From positions 13,890 to 77,889 of the forward strand of contig CAYVQF010000021.1 of the NCBI GenBank assembly GCA_964454015.1: a stretch of DNA of 64,000 bases, in the 5' to 3' direction. Under the pieces are notes generated by a model that ran no database searches, was not told the origin of the DNA, and saw only the letters and a program-made list of their open reading frames with translations. The position numbers and the translations under genes are program-made. Of this stretch, positions 1 through 8,998 are shown in pieces. How positions within the stretch are numbered: position 1 is the stretch's first letter; every line of letters starts with the position of its first letter. Source of the stretch: an uncultured Myxococcales bacterium. Its GTDB lineage: Bacteria; Myxococcota_A; Bradymonadia; UBA4248.

Positions 1-782
1 CCCATCGCGAGCTGCATGTCCCGGCCCTCCTCGAGCTGCTCGACATCCCGTACACCGGCGCCAGCCCAGCGTGCCTGGGTCTGTGCTACGACAAGAGCAT
101 CGTGCGCGCCGTCGCCATGGCGCTCGACGTGCCGGTGCCGCTGGAGACCTATGTCGCTGCCGACGATTTTGCGGGCACGGTCGCCTCGGTGATGCCAGCG
201 CTCTTGAAACCGGCCCAAGGGGACGGCTCCATGGGCATCACGGAGCAAGCCGTGGTCTTTAGCCCCGGCCAAGCCCTGGATTACCTCGCCTATCTGCGTG
301 AGATCCTGCCGGGGCGCCCCGTCTTGGTGCAGGAATTTTTGCCCGGTGCAGAGTACTCCGTGGGCATCGTCGGCAACATCGGCATTGGCTTCACCGTGCT
401 CCCCGTCCTGGAAGTGGACTACAGCGCCTTGCCGCCGGAGCTGCCGCGCCTGCTCTCCTATGCCTCGAAGTGGCAGCCCGAGTCCCCCTACTGGACCCAC
501 ATCAAGTACCGCCAAGCCCGAGTCGCAGAAGAAGCGCACCGCTTGCTGACGGACTACTCTCTGCGCCTCTTCGAGCGCCTCGACTGCCGCGACTATGCCC
601 GCTTCGATTTCCGCACCGCCGCCAACGGGGAGATCAAGCTCCTCGACGTCAACCCCAACCCCGGCTGGTGCTGGGATGGCAAGCTCAACCTCATGGCGAG
701 CTTCGATGGCCTGTCCTACACGGACTTGCTGCGGATGATCATCGAGACGGCCCAAGCGCGCCTCAGCGCCCACCGACGCTAG
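1..782 (+). CDS. ATP-grasp protein of the D-alanine--D-alanine ligase family; 5' end lies outside the window
   Basis: The frame is open from position 3 (HRELHVPALLELLDIPYTGAS...). The C-terminal ATP-grasp motifs EYSVGIVG and LLDVNPNPG match Ddl-like enzymes. Stop at 782. Confidence 0.65.
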   Translation, partial: HRELHVPALLELLDIPYTGASPACLGLCYDKSIVRAVAMALDVPVPLETYVAADDFAGTVASVMPALLKPAQGDGSMGITEQAVVFSPGQALDYLAYLREILPGRPVLVQEFLPGAEYSVGIVGNIGIGFTVLPVLEVDYSALPPELPRLLSYASKWQPESPYWTHIKYRQARVAEEAHRLLTDYSLRLFERLDCRDYARFDFRTAANGEIKLLDVNPNPGWCWDGKLNLMASFDGLSYTDLLRMIIETAQARLSAHRR

Positions 783-1077
783 CCAAGGGCGCGGCCAAGG
801 TGGGCGGTGTCTGAGCACCTTGGCCGCGGCGACTCCCAGGTAAGACGCCGCTGCCCCTTGGCCAGGTATCTCGGCACCCCACCCCTTCCATGCCGCTGGG
901 CAAGACCGCGGGCGCCACGGGAATGCCCACGGCAGCCCCGTTGCCGCCACCCTGGCCATGGCGTAGCATCCGCTGGCTTGGTGCCTCCCATGGACCCATC
1001 GCTCCCTCTCCGTTGAGTTTCTTGGCAGCCAGGAACACGCTGACCTGCCTCTCCTTGCGCGAGCCGCTTCACCGACC

Positions 1078-3318
1078 ATGACAACGACCTCTCCTCTCTT
1101 GGCCAAATTTCACGCGTCGCGCCTGTGGGTGGTGGCCCACGCCGATAGCCTGCTCGCGGGTGCTCTGGCGGTGGCGGCCTTTGTCTTCTGCGTGCGCAAC
1201 CTGGTCTTTTTTTTCCCCCGCACCGTAGACGATCTCTTCATCTACCTGCGTTACGCCGAGAACTTCATCAGCGGCGCCGGCTTGGTCTACAACCCGGGCG
1301 AGTGGGTAGAGGGCTACTCCAGCGTCACCTGGCTGCTGGTGCTAGCGGCCATCATGGGCACCGGGCTGGATGGGGTCACGGCGACGAAGATCCTAGCGCT
1401 GGCCTCCACCCTGCTCATGGTGGTGGGTTTCTATCGCATCGGCCGCGGTGTCTTTGGGATGTCGCGGGCCTGGGCGATGGCCGCCGTGCTGCTGGTGAGC
1501 GTCAACAGTTATATCCTGTCATGGGCAGTCTATGGCTTGGAGACGCCGCTCTATCTCGCCTTGTTGTTGTGGTTCGGGCATCTGGTGCAGCGGGTCGCCG
1601 ATGGCGAAGGCGGCCGGCGGGCGCGCCTCGCCTTGGCGGTGGTCGGCGTGGCCTTGGCCCTGGTGCGCCCAGAAGCGCCACTGTTCATGGTGGCCGTGGG
1701 GCTCGGCTGCGTCCGCGTGCCGCAAGGGCGCGCGCCCCTGTGGCTGACCCTGCGGCGCTTGGCTGCGCCCGCCGCGGCGGTCATCGGCGGCTACGGTGCT
1801 TGGCTCCTCGTCCGTTTCCATTGTTACGGGCTGTGGGTTCCGCACACGTATTTCGCCAAGAAAGGGGAGGGCTTCACTTGGTCGAACCTCGCTCCTCTGT
1901 TCAGCAACGGCGCCGACGCATCAGAGATCGTCTGGTGGCCAGTGGTCTTCATTTGTGGCCTCGCCCTGGCGCTGCTGACGCGTCGCTTGCTCGCCCCCAT
2001 CCTCTTCGCCGTGGGTCTATTCTTCGTCGCCCGGGTGGAGATGGACTGGATGCCGAACATGCGCCATTTTTTGCCGCTGTGGTTGCTGGCGTCGCTGTGC
2101 CTGCCCGCCATGGCCCAGCGCCTGTCCCAATGGCACAGCGCGTCGCCGCTGTGGAAGAGCGCTGCTTGGAGCGCCAGCCTGACCCTGGTGCTCGTCGGGC
2201 TGTGGACCGGAGCGTGGCTCAATCAGTTGGACTCGCGCTTCTCTCCCTACGACTTCGAGACCCATGGGCGCAAGACGCAGTGGGTGCGGCAGAAAACACC
2301 CGAGTCGTGGGCGTCGTCCCTGGCCCTGCTGCAGCGCCGCGATCCGCCGGGCTATGAGAACGCTCACCCAGACCATTTGGGCTTGATTCAAGAGCTCTTT
2401 GTCGCCGTCGAGGCTTCCAGCCAACCCGAAGCGTCGAGCTGGTACTTGGGGCGCGACATCGGGATGGTGGGCTACTACTCCCCCATCCAAATTTATGACA
2501 CGGATGGTCTCTTCACACCGCGGGCCATCCAATACACGGGCGGACGCGATCGCTTGCCCATTGCCGACGCGGCCATCTTGGAGGCCTTCGACCCGGCCCC
2601 CGTGGCCGGCATGATCTTCTTCGAATGGGCCGCCGCCTTGGGGCGCAATCAACATCTCCTGAAGGACTACGAGATCCTCATCGGTTCATTGCCGCGGCCT
2701 CACCGCTTCATGCAGAAGGCGCATCCGCGCCCAGACGCCGCGCAGTTGGCGCAGCGCTACGCGCGCATCATGGCCAAGCTGCCGCCCCATTTTCACTTCG
2801 CCGAGCTCTACGGTAACCCCGCCAGCCCAGCCATCGCCTTGCGCGCCCGGGTCGTGCAGGAGCGCCTCCAGCTCACGGAGGAGGTCTTGGTCAGCGAAGC
2901 CTCGGTGCCGCGCTTCGCTGGCGACGGCCATGTCCTGGACCGGGCCATTCGCTTGGCGGGCTGCACGATCGCACAACCTTATTTGTCGGCGGGTGAGCAG
3001 ACGCTGTTATCCTGCTATTTCTATCGCGTTGGCCCCCTTTACCGATCCTACTGGGTCTTCGTCCACGGCGACGCCCACGGTCGCCGTTTGCTCCATGCCG
3101 ATCACCCGCTGGCGCACGACACGGTAGACCTGGCCACAGTGGCGATGGGACAAGCGGTGGTCAGCCGCCAATGGTTGCGTGTGCCCAACGACGCCCCACG
3201 CGGTGAGGTGCCCGTCTTCGTTGGTCTCTTCAGCCAGGATCACCGCGCTCAGGTACACCCTGAGGCCGGCACGGACGGTGACCATCGCATTCGGGTAGGC
3301 TCGCTGTGGGTCGAGTGA
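1078..3318 (+). CDS. Large polytopic membrane protein, possibly a GT-C-type glycosyltransferase
   Basis: ATG at 1078. The N-terminal ~400 aa have 10 or more hydrophobic helices with a YLRYAENF loop motif. A large soluble C-terminal domain follows. No precise family recognised. Confidence 0.4.
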   Translation: MTTTSPLLAKFHASRLWVVAHADSLLAGALAVAAFVFCVRNLVFFFPRTVDDLFIYLRYAENFISGAGLVYNPGEWVEGYSSVTWLLVLAAIMGTGLDGVTATKILALASTLLMVVGFYRIGRGVFGMSRAWAMAAVLLVSVNSYILSWAVYGLETPLYLALLLWFGHLVQRVADGEGGRRARLALAVVGVALALVRPEAPLFMVAVGLGCVRVPQGRAPLWLTLRRLAAPAAAVIGGYGAWLLVRFHCYGLWVPHTYFAKKGEGFTWSNLAPLFSNGADASEIVWWPVVFICGLALALLTRRLLAPILFAVGLFFVARVEMDWMPNMRHFLPLWLLASLCLPAMAQRLSQWHSASPLWKSAAWSASLTLVLVGLWTGAWLNQLDSRFSPYDFETHGRKTQWVRQKTPESWASSLALLQRRDPPGYENAHPDHLGLIQELFVAVEASSQPEASSWYLGRDIGMVGYYSPIQIYDTDGLFTPRAIQYTGGRDRLPIADAAILEAFDPAPVAGMIFFEWAAALGRNQHLLKDYEILIGSLPRPHRFMQKAHPRPDAAQLAQRYARIMAKLPPHFHFAELYGNPASPAIALRARVVQERLQLTEEVLVSEASVPRFAGDGHVLDRAIRLAGCTIAQPYLSAGEQTLLSCYFYRVGPLYRSYWVFVHGDAHGRRLLHADHPLAHDTVDLATVAMGQAVVSRQWLRVPNDAPRGEVPVFVGLFSQDHRAQVHPEAGTDGDHRIRVGSLWVE

Positions 3319-3560
3319 GGGGCGCGGCTTCGCGGCACCGGCAGACACACCCTCGCCCAATGCTCACGGCGTCTTTGCCTTGGGCCGCACGCCCTTGGCC
3401 CTCCCCTGGGACAGCTAGGGGCCCCGGCTTCGCGGCAATCGGACGCTTTGGCCCTCCAGCCCCTTGCAGGAAAGGGCAAGTGCGGCGATGATGAGAGGCA
3501 AGGCGAGGGAATGCAGTGGCCCTGGCGTTTAGTCACCTCTCAGATGCAAGGATTCTGACC

Positions 3561-3836
3561 ATGAGCCTGGGATTGCGTGTCAAGCAGATTCGCGAGGAGC
3601 GGAACATCGACCAAGCCCTGCTCGCCCAGAGGGCAGGCATGAGCACGGCGACCTTGGCAGAGATCGAGGCGGGCCTGCGACACGTCAGCTCTGCCGAGAT
3701 CGAGTCCCTCTGCGTTGCGTTGGGAATTCGAGTCGACGTCCTCTTCACGGAGCGTCAGCCCCCCTCCCAAGACGAAAGCGTGCTCATCCCAGTGGACCAC
3801 CTGACGGCGCTCCTCGAGGAGATGAAGAAAGGCTAG
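3561..3836 (+). CDS. XRE-family helix-turn-helix transcriptional regulator
   Basis: LGLRVKQIREERNIDQALLAQRAGMSTATLAEIEAG is a typical HTH_3 motif. An ATG at 3561 is preferred over the GTG at 3516. Confidence 0.6.
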   Translation: MSLGLRVKQIREERNIDQALLAQRAGMSTATLAEIEAGLRHVSSAEIESLCVALGIRVDVLFTERQPPSQDESVLIPVDHLTALLEEMKKG

Positions 3837-4021
3837 ACCTTGCGTTGCTGCCCCGGCTTGGCCCCCCTGACAGCACCCCGCAACCCCAAGACCTTGCTCA
3901 GCGCGCGGAAGCGCGTTGTACTGGCAAGTGTAGCGTCGTGGATGGTGCGCCTTGCGCAGGGCAAGGGACATGGCACGCGCCCTGACCAGCCTGCCATGTG
4001 GCGCTGGTATTTTGAGCGCCT

Positions 4022-4603
4022 ATGAAAACGCTGGTCTTCGATCTAGACGAAACGCTGGTCTTCTCGAGCCTCGAAGCCACGGATGACGCCGATCACGTGC
4101 TGAGCATCGCCGGTCAGACGGTCTACGTGCAGGTGCGTCCTGGCGCCCTGGCCATCGCACGGACCATGCGGGAGCTCTTCGCTTGTCGGGTGTGGAGCAC
4201 GGGACAACCGATCTACGTCGAAGCCGTCTGCGCCGCCATGGGGCTGGAATGGATGGAGATCTGGGGTCGGGATCGCTGCCGCCGCCTCGACGCCATCCCA
4301 GAGAACCACTTCGAGCCCTATGACAAGCCGCTGCACTTGATCAGCCAAGACTTGGCCAAGATCGTCATCGTCGACAACGCCCCCGGCGCCTTCAACTGCA
4401 ACCCCGAGAACGGTATCCCCATCAACACCTGGCGCGGCGATCCGGAAGACCGCCAGCTCTTCCACCTGACTTACTACCTGCGCTGGCTCCATCACTTGCC
4501 CGACATGCGGCGCGATCACCGGGCTTGGCCGCAAGAGACGGTCATCTTGCGCAACGAGCGTCGCTGTGGCCCCCTCAAGAACACGGGAGGGGGCCTCTCT
4601 TGA
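4022..4603 (+). CDS. HAD-superfamily phosphatase of the FCP1/NIF (CTD small phosphatase-like) type
   Basis: N-terminal DLDETLV (DxDxT catalytic motif characteristic of FCP1 homology/NIF domains). Downstream IVIVDN motif. Confidence 0.6.
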   Translation: MKTLVFDLDETLVFSSLEATDDADHVLSIAGQTVYVQVRPGALAIARTMRELFACRVWSTGQPIYVEAVCAAMGLEWMEIWGRDRCRRLDAIPENHFEPYDKPLHLISQDLAKIVIVDNAPGAFNCNPENGIPINTWRGDPEDRQLFHLTYYLRWLHHLPDMRRDHRAWPQETVILRNERRCGPLKNTGGGLS

Positions 4604-5273
4604 AATGCAAGGCCAGCCTGGCGGTGCTCTGCGGCCAAGTGTAGGCCAGCGCCCCCTGAAGCACCAGATTTGGCGCCACTTCAAGCGGGGACGCGCCCAA
4701 GGCTTGCCAGTGCGCTGCGCTGCAGAGAGCCACCACGTCGCCACCGGGACGCACCAGGCGCGCCGCCAAGGGCAGCCAACGCTCGAGTGGCGCGAAAGCC
4801 TTGGACACGGCGCACCCCATGGCCAAGGAGGTGGCAGAGCCGACCTCTTCCTCGAAATCCTCGATCCGCAGCGCGTGGCGGGTGATCCCCGTCAGCGCCA
4901 GTTGGCGCAATACCAGGCCCAGAAAGGCTTGCCGCTTGGCGCGGGGCTCCACCAAGTGGACTTCCAGCTCGGGCCGCAAGATCTTGATGGGGATCCCAGG
5001 CAGACCAGCACCGCTGCCCACGTCGACCACCGGGGAGAGCGGCTGCGGGCAAACGCGCAAGACCTGGAGGCTGTCACAGATCAAGGTTTGGGCCATCTCC
5101 TCTGGGCTGAGGGGCCCCACGAGGTTGGCCCGGCGGTTGACCCGAAGGAGTAGACGCAAGTAGGACGTCAGGTGCTCCATGACCGCCGCAGAGGCCGACC
5201 CCTCTCCTTGGGCCACAAAGTCCCTGAGGTGCTGCACCGCCGGGCGCAGCTCGCGTTCGAGTTCAGCGGCCAT
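4575..5273 (-). CDS. rsmG: 16S rRNA (guanine527-N7)-methyltransferase RsmG/GidB
   Basis: VVDVGSGAGLPGIPIKI SAM-binding motif and overall RsmG-like sequence. Start chosen at MAAELE... (ATG at 5273). The longer ORF extension is low-complexity. Confidence 0.75.
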   Translation of the reverse strand: MAAELERELRPAVQHLRDFVAQGEGSASAAVMEHLTSYLRLLLRVNRRANLVGPLSPEEMAQTLICDSLQVLRVCPQPLSPVVDVGSGAGLPGIPIKILRPELEVHLVEPRAKRQAFLGLVLRQLALTGITRHALRIEDFEEEVGSATSLAMGCAVSKAFAPLERWLPLAARLVRPGGDVVALCSAAHWQALGASPLEVAPNLVLQGALAYTWPQSTARLALHFKRGPLPCS

Positions 5274-5979
5274 GGTTCTCAACGGCCAGTGGCGCCCCAC
5301 GCTTCTTGGCCCGATGGCGCTGCAATGAGCCATCCCCGCGTCGGCCTTGCAGGAGGAGCACCATGAGGTAGGCCGGCAGGCCAAGCAACGCCACGGCAAA
5401 GTAGCTGTGGAGATAGAGGGCCGCCACGGCGAGGGCCAAGAGTGCCAGGGCCGCGCCCCACATGCCGAGGCGGAACGCCTCATCGTTGCGGCGGGTCCAG
5501 AGATAAAAGGCCTCCAATCCCGCCACCAGCGCCACGGCCACCGCTGCGACGGGCCACATGGCCTGCTCCAAGGTCTCGGCCGCCCCCTGCCGCAGCAGGA
5601 TCAGGCTCGCCACCCAGGCGACCACGGCGACGCCCATGAAAATCACCATCGCGTGGCGCAGGGGGCGGAGCATCTCCCCCTGGCGCGGCGCGGCCGTCAC
5701 GAGGGTACCCAGGCGGTCTTGCTGCAGCAGCCGCACGGCCGCAGCGAGTGCCACCACGCCAAAGGGCAGGGCCAGCACGCCGCCGAGGATGCCGAGGCGC
5801 GCCCCTTGACGCGGACGCCCGCCCTGCGCGAACAGCGCCCCTGCTCCAGCCAGCAGCGCCCCCGCGGCGCCCGTCACCCCCAGAATCCACAGCCAGGGCA
5901 ACGCGACCACCGGCACGACCCACAAGGTCACGGCACCGACGAAAGCGACCACGATTCCAAGCCACAACAGCGCAGTCAT
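5263..5979 (-). CDS. Hypothetical integral membrane protein (about 6 TM helices)
   Basis: Hydrophobic helices throughout (MTALLWLGIVVAFVGAVTLWVV...). ATG at 5979. Overlaps the rsmG start by 11 nt, which suggests co-transcription. Confidence 0.45.
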   Translation of the reverse strand: MTALLWLGIVVAFVGAVTLWVVPVVALPWLWILGVTGAAGALLAGAGALFAQGGRPRQGARLGILGGVLALPFGVVALAAAVRLLQQDRLGTLVTAAPRQGEMLRPLRHAMVIFMGVAVVAWVASLILLRQGAAETLEQAMWPVAAVAVALVAGLEAFYLWTRRNDEAFRLGMWGAALALLALAVAALYLHSYFAVALLGLPAYLMVLLLQGRRGDGSLQRHRAKKRGAPLAVENHGR

Positions 5980-6224
5980 TGCTCTTCCAGGGGGGAGTAG
6001 TCGAGAAAAGACGGGGCGATCCCACGGCAGGGCGCCACTTGGCCGAAAATAGCACGCCCCACTCGGGGTGGCCACTGCTGCCAGCGCAGCAAACGGCGAG
6101 GCGGCCACCCCACGGCCAGCGCAACCTTGCCCCCCGAGGCGAAGGCCGCTAGCGTAGCCCGCGGTCGAAGGTCCGTTCACCCCTACTCGCCGCTCCGGTG
6201 AGCAGAGCCAACGAAGACGCAGCG

Positions 6225-8060
6225 ATGGCATACCTGGTATTGGCCCGCAAGTGGCGGCCGCAGAGCTTCACAGATGTCGTGGGACAGGGACACGTCACCC
6301 AGACCTTGGCCAACGCCATCCGTCAGGGGCGCGTGGCCCACGCCTTCCTCTTCACGGGCTCCCGAGGGGTGGGCAAAACCTCGACGGCCCGCATCCTGGC
6401 CAAGGCCCTCAATTGCCAAGAGGGCCCGACGCCGACCCCCTGCAACCAGTGCACGGCCTGCGTCGACATCACCGACGGCCGCGCCGTGGACATCATCGAA
6501 ATCGACGGCGCCTCGAACCGCGGCATCAACGAAATCCGCGAGGTGCGGGAGGCCGTTCGCTACGCCCCGAGCCGCGAGCGCTACAAAGTCTACATCATCG
6601 ACGAGGTCCACATGCTGACCACGGAGGCCTTCAACGCCCTGTTGAAGACCCTCGAGGAGCCCCCCAGCCACGCGGTCTTCGTCTTCGCCACCACCGAACC
6701 CAACAAAATCCCCGTCACCATCTTGAGCCGCTGTCAGCGCTACGACTTCAAGCGCGTCACCGTGCGGGATCTCTGTGAACGCCTGCGCCACATCGCCGAC
6801 GCCGAGGGGATCGACTTCACCGACGAGGCCTTGACCCTTTTGGCGCGCCACGCCCGCGGGGGCGTGCGCGACGCGCTGAGCGCGATGGACCAGGTCATCG
6901 CCTTCGCCGAACCCCCCATCAGCGCCGAGTCCGCCGCTGAGACCTTGGGCATCGCCAGCCGGGAGACCCTTCACTCCCTCGGCGAGGCGCTGGTCAACCG
7001 CGACGTGGATCGGGCCTTGCGGGTCTTGGAGAAGGTCGACAGCTATGGCCAAGACTTGGGCCATTTCTCCGTCGATCTCCTGGAGCACCTGCGTGACATG
7101 ACCGTGGTGTGCGCCGTCGCCGACCCCCAGGGGCTCACCGAGCTGGGCGAGTCCGAGCTAGAGCGGGTCAAGGCCGCCGTCAAGAACGTCAGCATCGAGC
7201 GCCTCCAGCGCATGTTTCAGATCTGGTCCGAGGCGGTGGACCTGGTCGTTCGCTCGCTCTATCCCAAGCTGTTGATGGAGATGACCGTGGTCAAGATGGC
7301 CGCCGTCGCGCCCATGCCGCCCCTGCTGCCCTTGCTCAGCCGCCTGGAGGCGCTGGAGAAATCGCTCCACGGCGACCTGCCGCGTGAGCAGGACTTGCTG
7401 GCCAAGATGCGGAGCCACCTGGCGGCGTCCCTCCGGGACTATGCGCCGCTGGGGTCCAGCGGTGACGCTCTGCCGGCGCCCTCTGAGCCACCCCCGGGGG
7501 AAAAAAAAAAGCCTGAAGCGCTAGCCTCTCGCGTCAGCGCGCCGCCGTCACCCCCGCAGCCGCCCCCTGCCACCACGGCGGCCACGCCGCACGCCCCAAC
7601 GAAAGTGGAAGCCCAAGAGACGCGGGCAGGGGCGATGGCGACGGCGGAGGTGAGCCCAGCGGAGTCTGGCGATCCTTGGCGTTCGGCCCTGCGGCGCCTC
7701 TCGCCCAAGGTAGCTGGGGTGATGGAGCAGGCCGTGGTGGTGCGTCTCGAGCCGACGGCGTTGGAGCTGGCCTTGAGCGATGGCTTGCGCGGGCTGTTGG
7801 TGGAAGCGGATTTGGCGGCCCTGCTCGACAGCCTCGCCCTGGAGTTGGGCGCACGGCCGCGCCTGCGCTTCGTCGAAGCGGCCCCAGCGGCCACCTTGTC
7901 GCTGGCCGAAGAGCGACAGCAAGCGCGTGAGCAGCATCAGGAGGCCATGCGCGAACGTATCCGCACGCATCCCTTGTTGGGCGAAGCCATGACGCGTTTT
8001 GGCGTCGACGCGAGCAGCGTCCGCATCGATTTACATCTCTATGAGGAGGATGAAGGATGA
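6225..8060 (+). CDS. dnaX: DNA polymerase III subunit tau/gamma
   Basis: MAYLVLARKWRPQSF..., Walker A GSRGVGKTS, and zinc module CNQCTAC. The C-terminal half is Pro/Ala-rich and tau-specific. It contains an in-frame A_AAA_AAG slippery heptamer at 7505-7511. Confidence 0.92.
   Translation: MAYLVLARKWRPQSFTDVVGQGHVTQTLANAIRQGRVAHAFLFTGSRGVGKTSTARILAKALNCQEGPTPTPCNQCTACVDITDGRAVDIIEIDGASNRGINEIREVREAVRYAPSRERYKVYIIDEVHMLTTEAFNALLKTLEEPPSHAVFVFATTEPNKIPVTILSRCQRYDFKRVTVRDLCERLRHIADAEGIDFTDEALTLLARHARGGVRDALSAMDQVIAFAEPPISAESAAETLGIASRETLHSLGEALVNRDVDRALRVLEKVDSYGQDLGHFSVDLLEHLRDMTVVCAVADPQGLTELGESELERVKAAVKNVSIERLQRMFQIWSEAVDLVVRSLYPKLLMEMTVVKMAAVAPMPPLLPLLSRLEALEKSLHGDLPREQDLLAKMRSHLAASLRDYAPLGSSGDALPAPSEPPPGEKKKPEALASRVSAPPSPPQPPPATTAATPHAPTKVEAQETRAGAMATAEVSPAESGDPWRSALRRLSPKVAGVMEQAVVVRLEPTALELALSDGLRGLLVEADLAALLDSLALELGARPRLRFVEAAPAATLSLAEERQQAREQHQEAMRERIRTHPLLGEAMTRFGVDASSVRIDLHLYEEDEG
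7501..7516 (+). other. dnaX: Putative programmed -1 frameshift or transcriptional-slippage site in dnaX (A10 run followed by a -1-frame TGA)
   Basis: Sequence gggggAAAAAAAAAAGCCTGAagcg. The zero frame reads E-K-K-K-P-E. After a -1 slip on A_AAA_AAG the frame reads GCC TGA (Ala, stop). This would give a gamma-like product of about 439 aa. Confidence 0.6.
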
Positions 8061-8383
8061 AGAAGTCTAAAGGAACGGGACTCAATCAGATTTTGACCCA
8101 GGCCCAGCGTCTGCAGGGCAAGCTCGGCAGGCTGGAAGACGATCTCAAGTCGAAGATCGTCGAGGCCTCGGCGGGTAACGGCAAGGTGACGGCCGTGGTC
8201 AACGGCAACCGCGAGCTGTTGGCGCTGAGCATCGACCCGTCGGTGATCTCGGCCGACAACCCGGAGTTGCTGGAAAACCTGGTGGTCTCGGCGGTGAACA
8301 CCGCCTTGAGCAATATGCGCGAGATGGTGAACACGGAGATGAACAAGGTGACGGGCGGTTTTTCGATCCCCGGGCTGATGTAG
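8057..8383 (+). CDS. ybaB: Nucleoid-associated protein YbaB/EbfC
   Basis: 108 aa with the YbaB-family pattern (LQGKLGRLEDDLK...VTAVVNGN...). Its ATG overlaps the dnaX stop (ATGA). The dnaX-ybaB-recR order is conserved. Confidence 0.85.
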   Translation: MKKSKGTGLNQILTQAQRLQGKLGRLEDDLKSKIVEASAGNGKVTAVVNGNRELLALSIDPSVISADNPELLENLVVSAVNTALSNMREMVNTEMNKVTGGFSIPGLM

Positions 8384-8391
8384 GAGCCGCC

Positions 8392-8994
8392 GTGCACAGC
8401 GAGGGTGATCCCATCCAGCGCCTCATCGAGGCCCTGGCCCGCTTGCCGGGCATTGGGCGCAAGACGGCGACGCGGCTGGCTTTTTTTCTGCTCAACGCCG
8501 ACCCGGCCTATGCCCAGGAGCTGGCGGCGGCCGTGGTCGAGGTCAAGGCGCGCATTGGCTATTGCGAGGTGTGCGCCAACCTGTGCGAGGCGGCGCGTTG
8601 CCGGATCTGCGCCAGCACCAAGCGCGACCCGCAGGTGATCTGCGTGGTCGAGAGCCCGCAAGATCTGCTGGCGGTGGAAGCGACAGGTGACTTCGACGGG
8701 CTCTACCACGTGCTGCACGGGGTGATTTCGCCTCTGGATGGGGTGGGGCCGGACGATTTGAAGATCGCGGCTTTGCTGCAGCGGGTTCGGGAGACGGACT
8801 TACAAGAGGTGATTTTGGCGACCAACCCTTCCGTGGAAGGGGAGGCCACGGCGATCTACCTGCAGCGCCTCTTGGCGCCCTTGGGGCTCAAGGTGAGCCG
8901 CATCGCCAGCGGTCTGCCCATGGGCGCGCAGCTCGAGTATGCCGACAAGGCCACCCTGGGGCGCTCGCTCAAGGAAAGGCGCACCCTGCTCTGA
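8392..8994 (+). CDS. recR: Recombination protein RecR
   Basis: HhH motif LPGIGRKTATRLAFFLL, C4 zinc finger CEVCANLCEAARCRIC and a Toprim region. GTG start with an AGGAG RBS. Confidence 0.9.
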   Translation: MHSEGDPIQRLIEALARLPGIGRKTATRLAFFLLNADPAYAQELAAAVVEVKARIGYCEVCANLCEAARCRICASTKRDPQVICVVESPQDLLAVEATGDFDGLYHVLHGVISPLDGVGPDDLKIAALLQRVRETDLQEVILATNPSVEGEATAIYLQRLLAPLGLKVSRIASGLPMGAQLEYADKATLGRSLKERRTLL

Positions 8995-8998
8995 GGCC

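Noticed and set aside
1201-1216. T9 homopolymer (ggtcttttttttccccc)
   Set aside because: It lies inside a coding region encoding FFF-P in a membrane helix. It is not preceded by a hairpin, so it is not a terminator.
1302-2357. 351-aa and other overlapping ORFs inside the 1078-3318 membrane-protein gene and elsewhere (e.g. 5347-6000, 9737-10207, 33717-34841)
   Set aside because: These are Arg/Gly/Pro-rich alternate-frame artefacts of a high-GC genome. They have no motifs and overlap better-supported genes.
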